Of a DNA stretch of 64,000 bases, positions 12,127 to 23,971 are shown piece by piece (the first letter of the stretch is position 1; each line of letters starts with the position of its first letter). Made by a program: the position numbers and the translations under genes. The notes below the pieces were generated by a model, which was not told where the DNA came from, searched no databases, and saw nothing but the letters and a program-made list of their open reading frames with translations. Source of the stretch: Octopus vulgaris (Eukaryota); NCBI GenBank assembly GCA_951406725.2, contig OX597819.1, positions 41,230,001-41,294,000 on the forward strand. The letters run 5' to 3'.

Positions 12127-13134
12127 GATATACATAAGAACAAGAATAGTTTAAACAAATTTTTAAAAATATGTATAAACAACAAACAATTAATTCTAAA
12201 TGACATTATTTGAACAATTTCAGTTAGTATAAACACCACTTGGTTGATTCTTGAAATGGTTTTAAGCATAATAGTATATTTTCTGATAAACCGAAAGATA
12301 AATCATTGTCACAAGTTCAAAAATTCACAGAATCCCAAAGAAGCCATTTGGCAATTTTGACATCTTTTAACTAGCCACAAAGTCAAATTTTGTAAAAGAA
12401 ATTAAATCTCTCCAGTTTATTTATTCATCATTTTGGCATTGGTCCGCCCTGACTGAATATGTTTGGGACCAAATATGTCGCAGCCATAAATCCCTGGGAT
12501 TTTTTTTCCAGACACAGCAAATATGAATTACATTATATATGTATCTTTTTTTTCTTTTTTTGTTAAGGCAGTGGGATATGATTTAAAGGGGGTTGATATA
12601 ATTGCTATTTGTAATACAAAAGCTCCCTCATTGGACTGGCTAGTATTGATTTATGTATTTTGTCATCTGGTAGATAAAAAGACAAAGGTCAACCCAAGCA
12701 GGACCATAAACAAAATATTGAAAAGTACTGAATCCAGTGTTCTATTTCTGATAGGAGACATTGATTACTTTAACTGTGCACTGCTACTGCTGCCATGAAG
12801 AAAGCACTGGTGACGGTATATAAAAGAACAACATCCTGGCAGTTAGTGTTAGGAAGGGCATCCAGCCTTAGAAGCCAAGCCAAAACAGACACTGGGACCC
12901 CGGCTGCACCAGCTCCTATCAAGCCATCCAACCCATGCCAACATGAAAACGGATGTTAAATTATGATGATGTGCACAAGGATATTTTATACTGAAGAAGG
13001 GGCAATCAATTTTAAATTTCAGTACATTACCAATAGTAAGATGGTGGTTTGGTCCAGTTAGAAGTGTGTTAGAATGTTAGAAAATTACTATTTTTAAATC
13101 TCACAACAAGAGATATTCCACAACAGTACTTTGG

Positions 13135-13670
13135 AGTAAAGATTTTTGCCAACATAACATGGCAGTCCTGGTTTAGGACAAATGTTGCTGTAACTTAGCC
13201 CCAGGAGACATCATCTCCAGCTAGCTATATGACATGATCTATGTCTTTATATTTTCGAACAAGGGAATCCAGCACCCCAACTCAGCCCAAAACAATATCT
13301 GTGTATCGTGATTTCTGGGTTATTTCCTTTTATCAGCACAGGATAATTGTTCGGCTAGAGGTGGCGCTGCCAAATTCCCATTCGAAATATATAATGGGGG
13401 TGCTAGATTCCCTTGTTTGAAAATATAAGGACACAGATTGTGTTGCATAGCCGAACAATTATTATGTGCTGATGAAGGGAAATAACCCGGAAATCACGAT
13501 ACACAGATATTGTTTTGGGCTGAGTGGGGGTGCTAGATTCCCTTGTTCAAAAATATAAGGACACAGATCATGTCATATAGCCAGCTGGAGACGATGTCAC
13601 CTGGGGCTAAATTACAGCAACGTTCGTCCTAAACCAGGACTGCCATGTTATGTTGGCAAAAATCTTTACT
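13135..13670. mobile_element. Penelope-like pseudo-LTR complex: ~223-bp inverted arms plus partial tandem copy
   Basis: 13135-13357 is the approximate reverse complement of 13448-13670. Spacer segment 13396-13452 is a direct repeat of 13526-13582. Each arm carries a hammerhead motif. Confidence 0.75.
13465..13505 (+). ncRNA. Minimal type-I hammerhead ribozyme motif (mutated inverted copy at 13299-13341, minus strand)
   Basis: Stem I TGTG/CACA; CTGATGA (13469-13475); stem II GGG-aaataa-CCC; GAAA (13490-13493); stem III TC-ac-GA; predicted AUA cleavage after 13501. The inverted copy reads CTGATAA. Confidence 0.65.
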
Positions 13671-14229
13671 GTGCTAGAATGCTTTAGTTATTTGTTCTGT
13701 CTCTCTGTGTTGTAAGTTCAAATCCTGCCAAAGTTAACTCTCTAGTCTCATCCTTGCAAATTTAATGAGCTAGGCACCACCAATTCAGAGCAATGGAATG
13801 TCAGAATACTCAGAGAGTCAAGTGTGATGCCTTATGTCATCCATTCTGGCTCACCATGTTCTGAGAGTAATGCCTGCAGTAAAACTGGTTCCAAGCTTTG
13901 TTGACCCTTCCCATTCTCCTGAATATCATATGTGGCAGGAGACAGGAAGACTTTACAAGCATAGGCAACAGCTGGTTTTTCATTTAACAAGGAAAAACAA
14001 AAGACCTTGTCGAGACCAGGACAGCCCTACAACTTGGTAAGATGAAAGTAAAGTAGATTAAAGTAAATTTGGTGGAATCTGAACACAAATTTAGGATTAC
14101 AAACTTATATATTGTAAAGTATTCACTCTGGTAATAAAGTAACTTGGTACACTACATCCTTATTTCAACACAAGAAATACCAAGTTTTGCACTACAAAAA
14201 TAAAACATTTCAATCTTCTATTATGAGTT

Positions 14230-14947
14230 TGCATAAAGTATTCCTCCATACTCCACTTTTTTTCCATCCAAATGATTTTGAAGACTGTGGATAGAACAAA
14301 TGGTAATCAGATGGGTCAATGTCTGGCAAATATGAGGCACTGTTTCCCATTCAAACTGCTCCAACTTTTAGAATGTTATCCTCGCTGTATGTGACCAAGC
14401 ATTATCATGATGTAAAAACACCTTTCATTTTGAAACCAAAGGTGGTTGTTTTTCTTCTAGTGTTGATTTGAATGACTGGTTGAATGACCAAATCCAAGCT
14501 TCTCTGTTAGTTCCTCAACAGTTACAATGGGATTTTGTTTCACCAGGGTTTGCAGGACATCCTCGTCAAGCACTACAGATCTTCCAGGACAAGGCTCATC
14601 TAGGTTGTAGTTTCCAGCTTGGAATTTCTGGAACCACCATTGACACTGGTTTATGCTTATTGTCTGATCCCCATATACTGCATTAATATTCCTCACACTT
14701 TCCATTGCATTGTTTCCTTTATTGAATTCATAAGCCAAATATGCTCCTTTGTCATTTCCATTATAGCTTTGTGAAAATAACTGTTAAAATCGAACTGCAC
14801 TCTTCAAAACTTGCACTAAGAACAAGTACAAGGTAAAATTACCACCTGCTTTCGTAGCAAGTCGATGCAGGTAGTTTATCCTGTCCCCGCCAACTTTTAG
14901 TTCATGCAATTGAAAAAAAACCATATTATTTATGGGACGACCCAATA
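14230..14947 (-). mobile_element. Mariner transposon relic (internally deleted transposase pseudogene)
   Basis: TA-flanked TIR tattgggtcgtcccataaataat at 14925-14947. ORF 14457-14738 encodes the mariner HTH region (YEFNKGNNA...NINAVYG...QWWFQKF...PGRS). Downstream are broken catalytic motifs HHDNAWSH and PDIDPSDYHLF with a stop and frameshift. Confidence 0.9.
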
Positions 14948-15169
14948 CTTAATCAGTTATGCAAATGTATGGCTCATTACATTTGCAGAATGAATGTATA
15001 TGAACAATGTATAGTACGAATGAATGAAAATTTTTTTTTTAACGGAGTGTTAATATTCTATAATCAATATGGTGAAATCACAGCAGATAGCAGGTGTCTT
15101 ACAAAGTTTACTACACACACACAACATTAACAACAACAGAGATCAGAATCATCACTCTCCTGAATGTCA

Positions 15170-15203
<34 letters not shown>

Positions 15204-15432
15204 TATGTATATATGTCCTGGGTGTGACTTTAAACAGCATCCAAAAGTGGGGCACTGGTATGGGAGTTCCATGGTTTTAGGCAGTTTGGCACCATCTCCA
15301 AGCTACAAATGTTCCCAAGTCTACCCTGACCCAGAGCAGTAACACCTGTGAGGGTCCCAGATTTGGGTTAACTAGCACGTAAACTACTGGGAGTGAAGGA
15401 CCCCTCATTCTTATTAGAACTTTCTTCTAGAA

Positions 15433-15746
15433 CAGTGGACCCTGAGGGTCTATATACATTGTGGCGGGGGTCCTCACAACAAAATAAATTGGTGATCTAC
15501 AATAGTATTTTAAGGGCTTCTGGAAAAATTTTGCTTTAAATGTATGTATTGCAAGAAACTGAGGTTTCTTTCTCTAACATTTTACATAGCTCAGCCTACA
15601 CAAATTAATGTGTGAAAAACAAATTAGGAATTTTGAAAGAAGTTTCTATAAAACTAGTTTACTAGTTTTTTTAACATCGAATGGCTATGGGGGTCCATCA
15701 GAAGAAAATAATAGGGTCCATAGATGAAAAAAAAATGGTTGAGAAG
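15433..15746. mobile_element. Degenerate hAT-type MITE; related copy in opposite orientation at ~32621-32968
   Basis: Flanked by ttctagaa on both sides. Internal sequence is reverse-complementary to 32621-32968 (gaaagaagtttctataaaactag / ctagttttatagaaacttctttc). Confidence 0.65.
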
Positions 15747-16509
15747 TTCTAGAAGAAGGTAAACTTGTATAAAAACTTAAAGTGCTGTTTGCTTATGGTC
15801 GTATCACCACCCTCTGTTGTGTCGCTAATTTTGTAGCTAACTGCACGAAAAGTGGGCTCAATGCCATCTGACACTTTATCCACTCAAATCAAACTCATAC
15901 AAAGCAACTTCTTGGACACTCAGAATGCTTGCACAGAGCTACAGTTTAGGAAGTGGCTTTAATTGGTCATGAGTTGACAAGGAGATCTATGACTGCATGG
16001 CTGCTACTGTTATGTTTAGAGCACCACATAGATTTTCATAATCCAGTCTGTTATGGTACAGGGATATAAACAAACTAACACTAGCTGTCAAGCGTTTGTG
16101 GGGGACAATGACAAAGACAAACATATACATATACAAACATACATATATATTGTTGTATTTCGGAATGGTCATTTTGCCAGTTTAGCCAATAAAAACACAT
16201 GCACTATATATTTGGTGTTACTTTGCTTCAGTGTTATTTATTTTTTACATTAATCTTAATCTTCTTTTGGCCAGAGTTCTTTTGTTACACTCCTGTCACC
16301 GCATCAGTGATCCTTTGCTTTTTTCTTTCTTATTTTTGCCTCTCCTTACTAACCGTCAGCCATTTTGTATTTCTATTGTATGTGTCTTCATTTGTGCATG
16401 TGTATATCTCTATGTGCGTCTATGTTTAGTTAAAAGAAAGAAGAAAGCAAAGGACCACTGATGCGGTCACATATATATAATTTTTTATATATATATATAT
16501 ATATAATTT

Positions 16510-16913
16510 TTTTTCGATTTGACCTTACAAATACACTCCCTACTTTTAGGTCACTTTAAATAAAACCCTCGATTCAATAGCACTGTGTACAAACTCTGTA
16601 CTTGGAATGACAAAGTTTAAATACTATTGGAATTTACTCACAAGGTATTGGAATCTTATATGTATACCATTCTGCCTAAATAATGAATCTACAAATGCAA
16701 TATCCCTGCATATCTCACATCTGTTTTCATTTCTCCACTTCACTCTCTATTTCTTATCTTATCTAGAATAACTATTGCTTAACCATTTTCTCACACTGTC
16801 TCTGATGAAGGGATATAATAAATATCCTGGAAACAGCTGTAAGACCTATTTATAAATGTTCTAAAATCTTCACAGCCTTGGGTTTTTATCTCATTCTGAA
16901 AAAAAAATTTAGT
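16510..16913 (+). mobile_element. Hammerhead-bearing TA-inserted element, copy 1
   Basis: Flanked by (TA)n. Region ~16650-16900 is colinear with 62405-62652 (ataccattctgc..aaataatg, ccacttcactct, ttcacagccttgg, tatctcattctg). Confidence 0.65.
16798..16845 (+). ncRNA. Minimal type-I hammerhead ribozyme motif
   Basis: Stem I GTCT/AGAC; CTGATGA (16802-16808); stem II GGGATAT/ATATCCT; GAAA (16830-16833); palindromic ACAGCTGT stem III; predicted GUA cleavage after 16841. Confidence 0.75.
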
Positions 16914-17060
16914 ATATATATACATGCTGATATATGACCTACTTATTGGACTCCTTATTTGCATAATCACCAAACCTGGTGCTTAACTATGGTCTGTCCA
17001 TAGCACTTACTCAGCATTACCTGACACCTTTGGGTCTTATTGACACCATTACCTCTCATA

Positions 17061-17108
<48 letters not shown>

Positions 17109-18397
17109 CATCATCATCATCATCATCATCATTTAGCGTCAAATATATATATATATACACACACAGACACACACACACAAACACAATGGGCTTCTATCGG
17201 TTTCTCTCTACCAAATCCACTCACAAGGCTCTGGTCAGCCCAGAGTTACAGGAGAAGACACTTGCCCAAGGTACCATGCAGTGGGACTGAACCCTGAACC
17301 ATGTGATTGAGAACCAAACTTCTTACTTCACAGTGATGTCTGCACCTATATATACAGACACATGCACACACACACACATGGAAATATGGACATTTTAAAT
17401 TATTAATGATTATCATCATAATCATCACCATCTGTTTTCTATACTGGCTTGCTAGGACAGTTTGACAGAAACTGACAAGTCAGAAAACTGCATCAAACTC
17501 TGCTGTCTATATACATATCACTTGAGCCACTTCAATCTCTTACATATTTAGATTTAATATACAAATATATTCACCAGAGAGTGGGGGAAATGGCAGTAGT
17601 AGTAGTAGTTAAGTGTATTAAAAGATCCAGTAATACTAATGTCATGCACTAGAAAGGAGGTGGTGCTCTAGAAATGAAACACAAAAGGAAACAGAGAAAA
17701 TTTGTTTGACATCCTTTCCAAAACAGGATTTTGCCAGATTAACTATTGTTAGTCATCAAATTAAGTTTCTTCGGGCTAAAAACACAAAACCTGAATGCAA
17801 TTTCTTGGCTATTTTGTAAAGTAGGTACTTTGGTAAACAGAGATACTTTTATTAATCATTTGAGTCATAGCTGGTCATATGTATCTATAAACAATGACCA
17901 AATCTATTGACCTGGAGTGGCAGAGAAAACAAATGATTCTGATAGTGAAGCTTTCCTCCAAATAATTAACAGAGAGAGAGTCTGTGAATGTTATTAGAAT
18001 AATGACCATTATAACAGAATTTGAAGGAGAGTGTTGTTTTATTTTTTTATTGTACAAATTTTTGTCCTCTTCTGATACTGAGATCAGCCTACATGGAAAA
18101 AAAACCTAGTTGCATGCCCAACCCATTTTTTCTGACATAGTATATCTCAAGACTATATTATCATTATTCAATGTGTACTTTGTTTTCAGATTATGAAGTG
18201 TGACAGTAGAGAAACCTGACTGCAGTATCTAGCAAACTGAGTGGCCAGGAAAGGCTCATAAACAAAAATGTATTGAAAGTCAACATTTTCAAATATATGT
18301 TTATCATTATTAATCTATTCAGAAACTATAACACCAGTGAGCAGTAAATGGTAACTGAACAAATCATGTAAGCGCAAAATGAACTTCTCACCCTTAA

Positions 18398-18840
18398 CCC
18401 TTACATTACCAACCCGGCTGAAACCGGCTCTGGCTCTGAGTACAAAAGTCTTGTTTTCATAAGTTTTGAATTAAAATCTTCCACCAAACCTGAGTCACAA
18501 TTTATGTTCCTAACACTAGCTGAATGATAACTAAGTTATTTTACTAAATTCTTTGTTATATTTAACCCTTTAGTATTTAAACCGGCCATATCCGGCCAAA
18601 ATATTTAATCTGTTTTATGTTCAAACTGACCAAATCCAGCCTCTCAGACCTACCCTACAATATTATTCTACATTAAGTAATTACACCATCAAGATCTTGA
18701 AGATATGAGATAATGCATGATTAATTCAAATCAATGTGAATCAATAAGCATTATGTTTGATAGAATAATCAGAACACTAAAGGGTTAAAGTAATTGAAAG
18801 AAACACAGAGCATCTCTAAATAAATACAGTAACAAAAGGG
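18398..18840. mobile_element. TTAA-targeting (piggyBac-type) MITE, family A, interrupted by a nested MITE
   Basis: ttaa|ccctt...aaggg|ttaa. An uninterrupted homolog lies at 29270-29490. Confidence 0.85.
18566..18784. mobile_element. Nested TTAA-targeting MITE, family B
   Basis: ttaa|ccctttagt...actaaaggg|ttaa. Homologs at 30714-30909 (reverse) and ~44904-45120. Confidence 0.85.
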
Positions 18841-19061
18841 TTAAAACACTTTATGTTTTCAATTTGCTCCTTCGGCTGTATTTAAACCAAGACAAAATGA
18901 AACAACTTTACCCAGCAAAATGTGTGTCAATGAGGGAGTGTCTATGTAATCTTGTCTACTTCAGATTTCAACACGATATTGTGGTCTCAGATATACAAAA
19001 TCAGGAAAATTCATGGCTTGAATTTGGTGATGAAATATGAAGGTGCTCAACTCACCCCCCC

Positions 19062-19093
<32 letters not shown>

Positions 19094-19388
19094 GTGGAGG
19101 AGCAATGGCCCAGTGGTTAGGGCAGCGGACTCACGGTCGTAGGATCACGGTTTCGATTCCCAGACCGGGCGTTGTGTGTGTTTATTGAGCGAAAACACCT
19201 AGAAGCTCCACGAGGCTCCGGCAGGGGGTGGTGATCCTTGCTGTACTCTTTCACCACTCTTTCTCTCACTCTTTCTTCTGTTGGCCTGTTCGCTTAGCCA
19301 GCGGGGTGGCGTCACTTGAAGGCTAAAACAATGCAAAGCGCATTGTGACCAGCGATGTGTAGCAACATCTGATAGCCTGGTCGGTCAT
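19094..19388 (+). mobile_element. tRNA-derived SINE family 3
   Basis: A box tggcccagtgg, B box ggtttcgattccc; flanked by (TA)n. Reverse copy at 57792-58076. Confidence 0.85.
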
Positions 19389-19788
19389 TTACTTGGATAT
19401 ATATATATATATATATACAACAGGCGTCTTTCAGTTTCCGTCTACCAAATCCACTCACAAGGCTTTGGTCAGCCTGAAGCTGAAGTAGATGACACTTGCC
19501 CAAAGTGCCATGCAGTGGGACTGAACCTGGAACCATATGGTTGATAAGCAAGCTACTTACCACACAGCCACTTCTGTGTATTTAAAAAAAAAACCAGTTG
19601 TTGATCACCATTAATTTAGCGAAGAAGCTTGTATCAATGCAAGTGTTTCAATAGATGCAGCTGTTGCATTGCAAATAATATCTACTTATAAAAGAGCACA
19701 ATAACAGAGTTGATGGATTCCTGATGATAGCCAGACAAAAAATTGGTTGGTAGTTTATACCATGATGTTATGTCCATGATCCAGACAT

Positions 19789-20156
19789 CTGTCAATGGCT
19801 CAGTCCATCAAGCTTTAAATAGGTTCCATGAAGAAGGCTGTTTTTGCTGAGCCCTGGATCAACTGTCAATGGCTCAGTTTATCAAGATTTAAATAGGTTC
19901 CATAAGGAGGCTGTTTTTGCTGAGCCCTGGATCAACTGTCAATGGCTCAGTCCACCGAGCTTTAAATAGGTTCCATAAGGAGGCTGTTTTTGCTGAGCCC
20001 TGGATCAACTGTCAATGGCTCAGTCCATCAAGCTTTAAATAGGTGCCATAAGGAGGTTGTTTTTGCTGAGCCCTGGATCAACTGACAATGGCTCAGTCCA
20101 TCAAGCTTTAAATAGGTTCCATAAGGAGGTTGTTTTTGCTGAGCACTGGATCAACT
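19789..20156 (+). repeat. 73-bp minisatellite, 5 copies
   Basis: Unit ctgtcaatggctcagtccatcaagctttaaataggttccataaggaggctgtttttgctgagccctggatcaa starts at 19789, 19863, 19936, 20009 and 20082. Confidence 0.95.
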
Positions 20157-20489
20157 CACACTGGACAAGCCTATGTGCAAAGACACTCCAACCATGCCTG
20201 ATCTGTCTTTTAATTATGGGGTATGTAAAAGTACATTATGTAACTGTCCTGTCTTGATGTAAAGCATATAAGGTGGTGATCTGGCAGAATTGTTAGCATG
20301 CCAGGCAAAATGCTCAGCGGCATTTCATCTATCTTTATATTCTGAAGCTCAAATTCTGTTATGGTTGACTTTGCCTGTCATCCTTTTGGGGTTGATAAAA
20401 TAAGTACCAATTGATCACTAGGGTCGATGTAACTGACTTATTCTCCACCCCAAAATTGCTGCCAAAATTTAAAACCTTTATATAAAGTA

Positions 20490-20708
20490 GGTGGAGGAGT
20501 GGTTGTGTGGTAAGTAGCTTGGTTACGAACCACATGGCTCCAGGTTCAGTCCCACTGCATGGCACCTTGGGCAAGTGTCTTCTACTATAGCCTCAGGCTG
20601 ACCAAAGTCTTGTGAGTGGATTTGGTGGACGGAAACTAAAAGAAGCCCATTGTATATATGTATGTATGTGTGAGTGTGTATATATATATATGTATATATA
20701 TATATGTA

Positions 20709-20761
<53 letters not shown>

Positions 20762-20950
20762 TTGTCCCTCTAACATCGCTTGATAACTGATGCTGGTGTG
20801 TTTATGTTCCCGTAACTTAGCAGTTCGGCAAAGAGACCGATATAATAAGTACTAGGCTTACAAAGACTAAGTCCTGGGGTCAATTTCCTCGACTAAAGGG
20901 CGGTGCTCCAGCATGGCCACAGTCAAATGACTGAAACAAGTAAAAGAGTA
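20490..20950 (+). mobile_element. SINE family 1, full length
   Basis: Family-1 head, long (TA)/(TG) tract, family-1 tail. Confidence 0.9.
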
Positions 20951-21861
20951 AGGTATTAAGATGGGATTTTTGGGAGATTTGGCTGATATTTCTAGTAGGT
21001 CCCAACAGTCATGCAAAGAGTCCTGCAATAGCTCAACTATATGATGGTATTATTGTTGAGCTACAGGTCAACTGCAATTGAGAGACCTATGAGTAAATAA
21101 TTTCTGATCATAACTATCCGGTCTTTTTAACAAGTTTTATTAAATTGCATTAATAATGTACTGTTTTTTTTATTTTACCCTTTTGATACCAAAACATTTG
21201 AAACTGACTCTGGATCCATGGCACTTAAGTTATCTTTCATTAAACATAACTAGTCAGGGAACCTTTTGATAGAACCTCATATATATGTGCGTGTGTGTCT
21301 GTGTGTGTGTGCATGTGTAAGTATGTGTTTCTATTTATCCTTGGCACCACAAGATAACTGGTGTTGGTTTGTCTATGGCCTGAACTCTTTGGTCTTGCTT
21401 TTTGCTTTTTGAGCCAAAAAATTAACTTAACTTAACTATGTCTCTGTAACTTTACTGTTTGACAAAAGAGACCAACAAAATGAGTACCGGACTTAAAAAA
21501 AAAAGAAAAACAATAAGTAATGGAGTCAATCAGTTCAACTGGAACCCTTCAAGTTGGTGCCCCAACATGGCTGCAGTCCAATGACTGAAACAATTAATAG
21601 ATAAAATGTAAACATAACAATCGTTTGTTCATTTATTTAACATTCATTTTTTCCATGCTAGCAGAGTTTTTACATGGGGAGTTATTTTAAGGTGGGATTT
21701 TATGGTCAGAGGCATTCCCATCTGTCAACCCTTGCCTATTTTCAAGTAAGACAATTTTATTCCAGAGGACTTTGAAAGTGTAGAGCTACTGGTCATAATC
21801 TCAACATGGAATGTTAACATGACTAATGGCTTCCTCATGCTATGATATAGAATATCAACAT

Positions 21862-21895
<34 letters not shown>

Positions 21896-22625
21896 GCATA
21901 TATGGGTTAACAACATCTTTATTTTGGGCTACTTTCTAACAATTAACAACCTTTAGAAAATTTTGAATTATTTTTTCCTGAAATTCATTTGACAGGTTGG
22001 CTGAAACCTCAGGCCAAACTTTCTACAAGATTTTAAATGTTGTTTTCATGAAATTATAGAGAAAATTTTGAGTGAGAAGTGAGTGAGAAGTCAGTATTTC
22101 TATCAAGTACCGAGTCTAGACAGAAGTATTTCTAATGTTACACTTGACTATGTGTACTTCATGTATCACACCACAAAACCAACATGGTTTCGTAATTATC
22201 AGAAAACGAATGATTACAACATTCATGCACCTAATTAGCAAGTTAGAAATCATTACATACTTAAAGCAAACACAAAGACAATATCTATTTTAGTAATAGT
22301 TCTAATGTCAACCACGTATCTTTATCTCCTGTATTTTTCCACCTGCCACCACACCAAACCTGAATAAGATAACTCAGAAAATACTAAACTTATTGTTGAT
22401 GTCATATGAATTTATACACAAGAGAATGTGAAATAATTCCCCCCCCCCCGCCTTTTTTTGGGGGGAACAGTGAATCTCGAAGCAGATGAAGCTATAAATA
22501 ATACAATGTAAACATTAGGCTAAAATGCATGTTTTATCAGAACGTCCCACAGACAGCCTTTGGTTTCTTTTATCCAACAGGCTTTTTAACTCTTGGTAGA
22601 CGGAAACTGAAAGAAGCCCGTCGTA

Positions 22626-22670
<45 letters not shown>

Positions 22671-23955
22671 ATGTGTTTGTGTGTCTGTGTTTGTCCCCCT
22701 GGCATTGCTTGACAACTGATGCTGGTGTGTTTATGTCCCCGTTACTTAGCGGTTCGGCAAAAGAGACCGATAGAATAAGTACTGAGCTTACAAAAGAATA
22801 AGTCCCGGGATCGAGTTGCTCGATTAAAGACGGTGCTCCAGCATGGCTGCAGTCAAATGACTGAAACAAGTGAGAGAGTAAAGAGAGCATTATTTACAGC
22901 TTTTTCAACTTCGATATCCACTGTCCCCAAAAAAGAACTAAACTTATTATTTGGCCAATCTGTACTGTTTTGCACAAAGCTTGTCAGAGAATGAGCTAAA
23001 CTATTTCAAAAGCTTGATGAGCAAAGAATGAAGTATTAGCAAAATGATAAGAGATGATTTGGAATGGGTTTCAGGAAATATAATACTAACATAACACATA
23101 CAATAATCATGTCCCACTTATTACATATTTAAGAATAAAATTGTTACATGATGCATTAACAGTTTCTTTCTTTTATTTCTATTTTATTTTACTACAAAGC
23201 AGACATTTTTTCTATTTTTGTTTTTAGATAATATCATACAAGTTGATTAAAATTTGTTTTCCAAATATCCTCATATTTGACAATTAAAATTCCATCACCA
23301 CCAATCCTGTATATAAAGCAACCAATTTGCAGAGTCATTACAGTGTCAGATAGATTGCTTTGTAGTAATTAATCCAGCTCCCTGCACTCTTAGTTCATAT
23401 CTAAGTCAACTTTGCTCTTCATACTTTTAGGCTTGCAGTGGGGTTGATTCTACCCTTTCACTCACTCACTCTTTCTGTCTGTCCAACTGTCTTTCTTCCT
23501 GAAAGAAATTGGCTGTGAATGAGCATGGAGAAAGAAAGATGGGCTCTGCCAGGTTTGAAAATGCCAATGACAAATTACATATTACAATAGCATGAAAACC
23601 AAAGGCAAAACAAAGCCTTTCGGTATGTGGTAGCTCAACTTTCTGTTTAAAAGAAAACCCCCAAAAAAAAAAATTCAATTTCCCTAAAACCATAACTCCT
23701 CCATCTAGAAACAGTAAGGGGACATAACATAATATAGTTCAAGAAGTCACTAAAAAGACATGATAGTCACAACTGGAGTGTCTCTTGTTATAGGTTCATT
23801 CAGTCAAAGCAACTGGATCCTTTAAAAAAAAAAAATTCATGGCAAATTATTTTACTTTTGTTCTAGGCCTTTCAATTCAGTATACCAAATTATGATTTAA
23901 AGAGAACTGATTTTTCACTCACACCCCATCCACACTCCTTGTAAGTGACCCTTAC

Positions 23956-23971
23956 GTTTTAAGTCATTCAT
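23956..23971 (-). CDS. Candidate alternative first coding exon of chimaerin (MNDLK + phase-1 C)
   Basis: ATG AAT GAC TTA AAA C|gtaagg. C+TG gives the Leu of LYQLQ. In-frame TGA 9 nt upstream; weak start context. No transcript evidence. Confidence 0.4.

Noticed and set aside
19094-19170. tRNA gene-like sequences (also at 7569, 39145, 58511)
   Set aside because: A and B boxes are present, but they continue into SINE bodies and do not form a complete cloverleaf.
19722-19756. CTGATGA followed by a possible stem (similar case at ~39980)
   Set aside because: No GAAA or NUH in the required positions, so not a hammerhead.
19789-20156. Possible CRISPR array or tRNA cluster
   Set aside because: Units are contiguous with no unique spacers. 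There is no cloverleaf or proper B box, and the context is eukaryotic.
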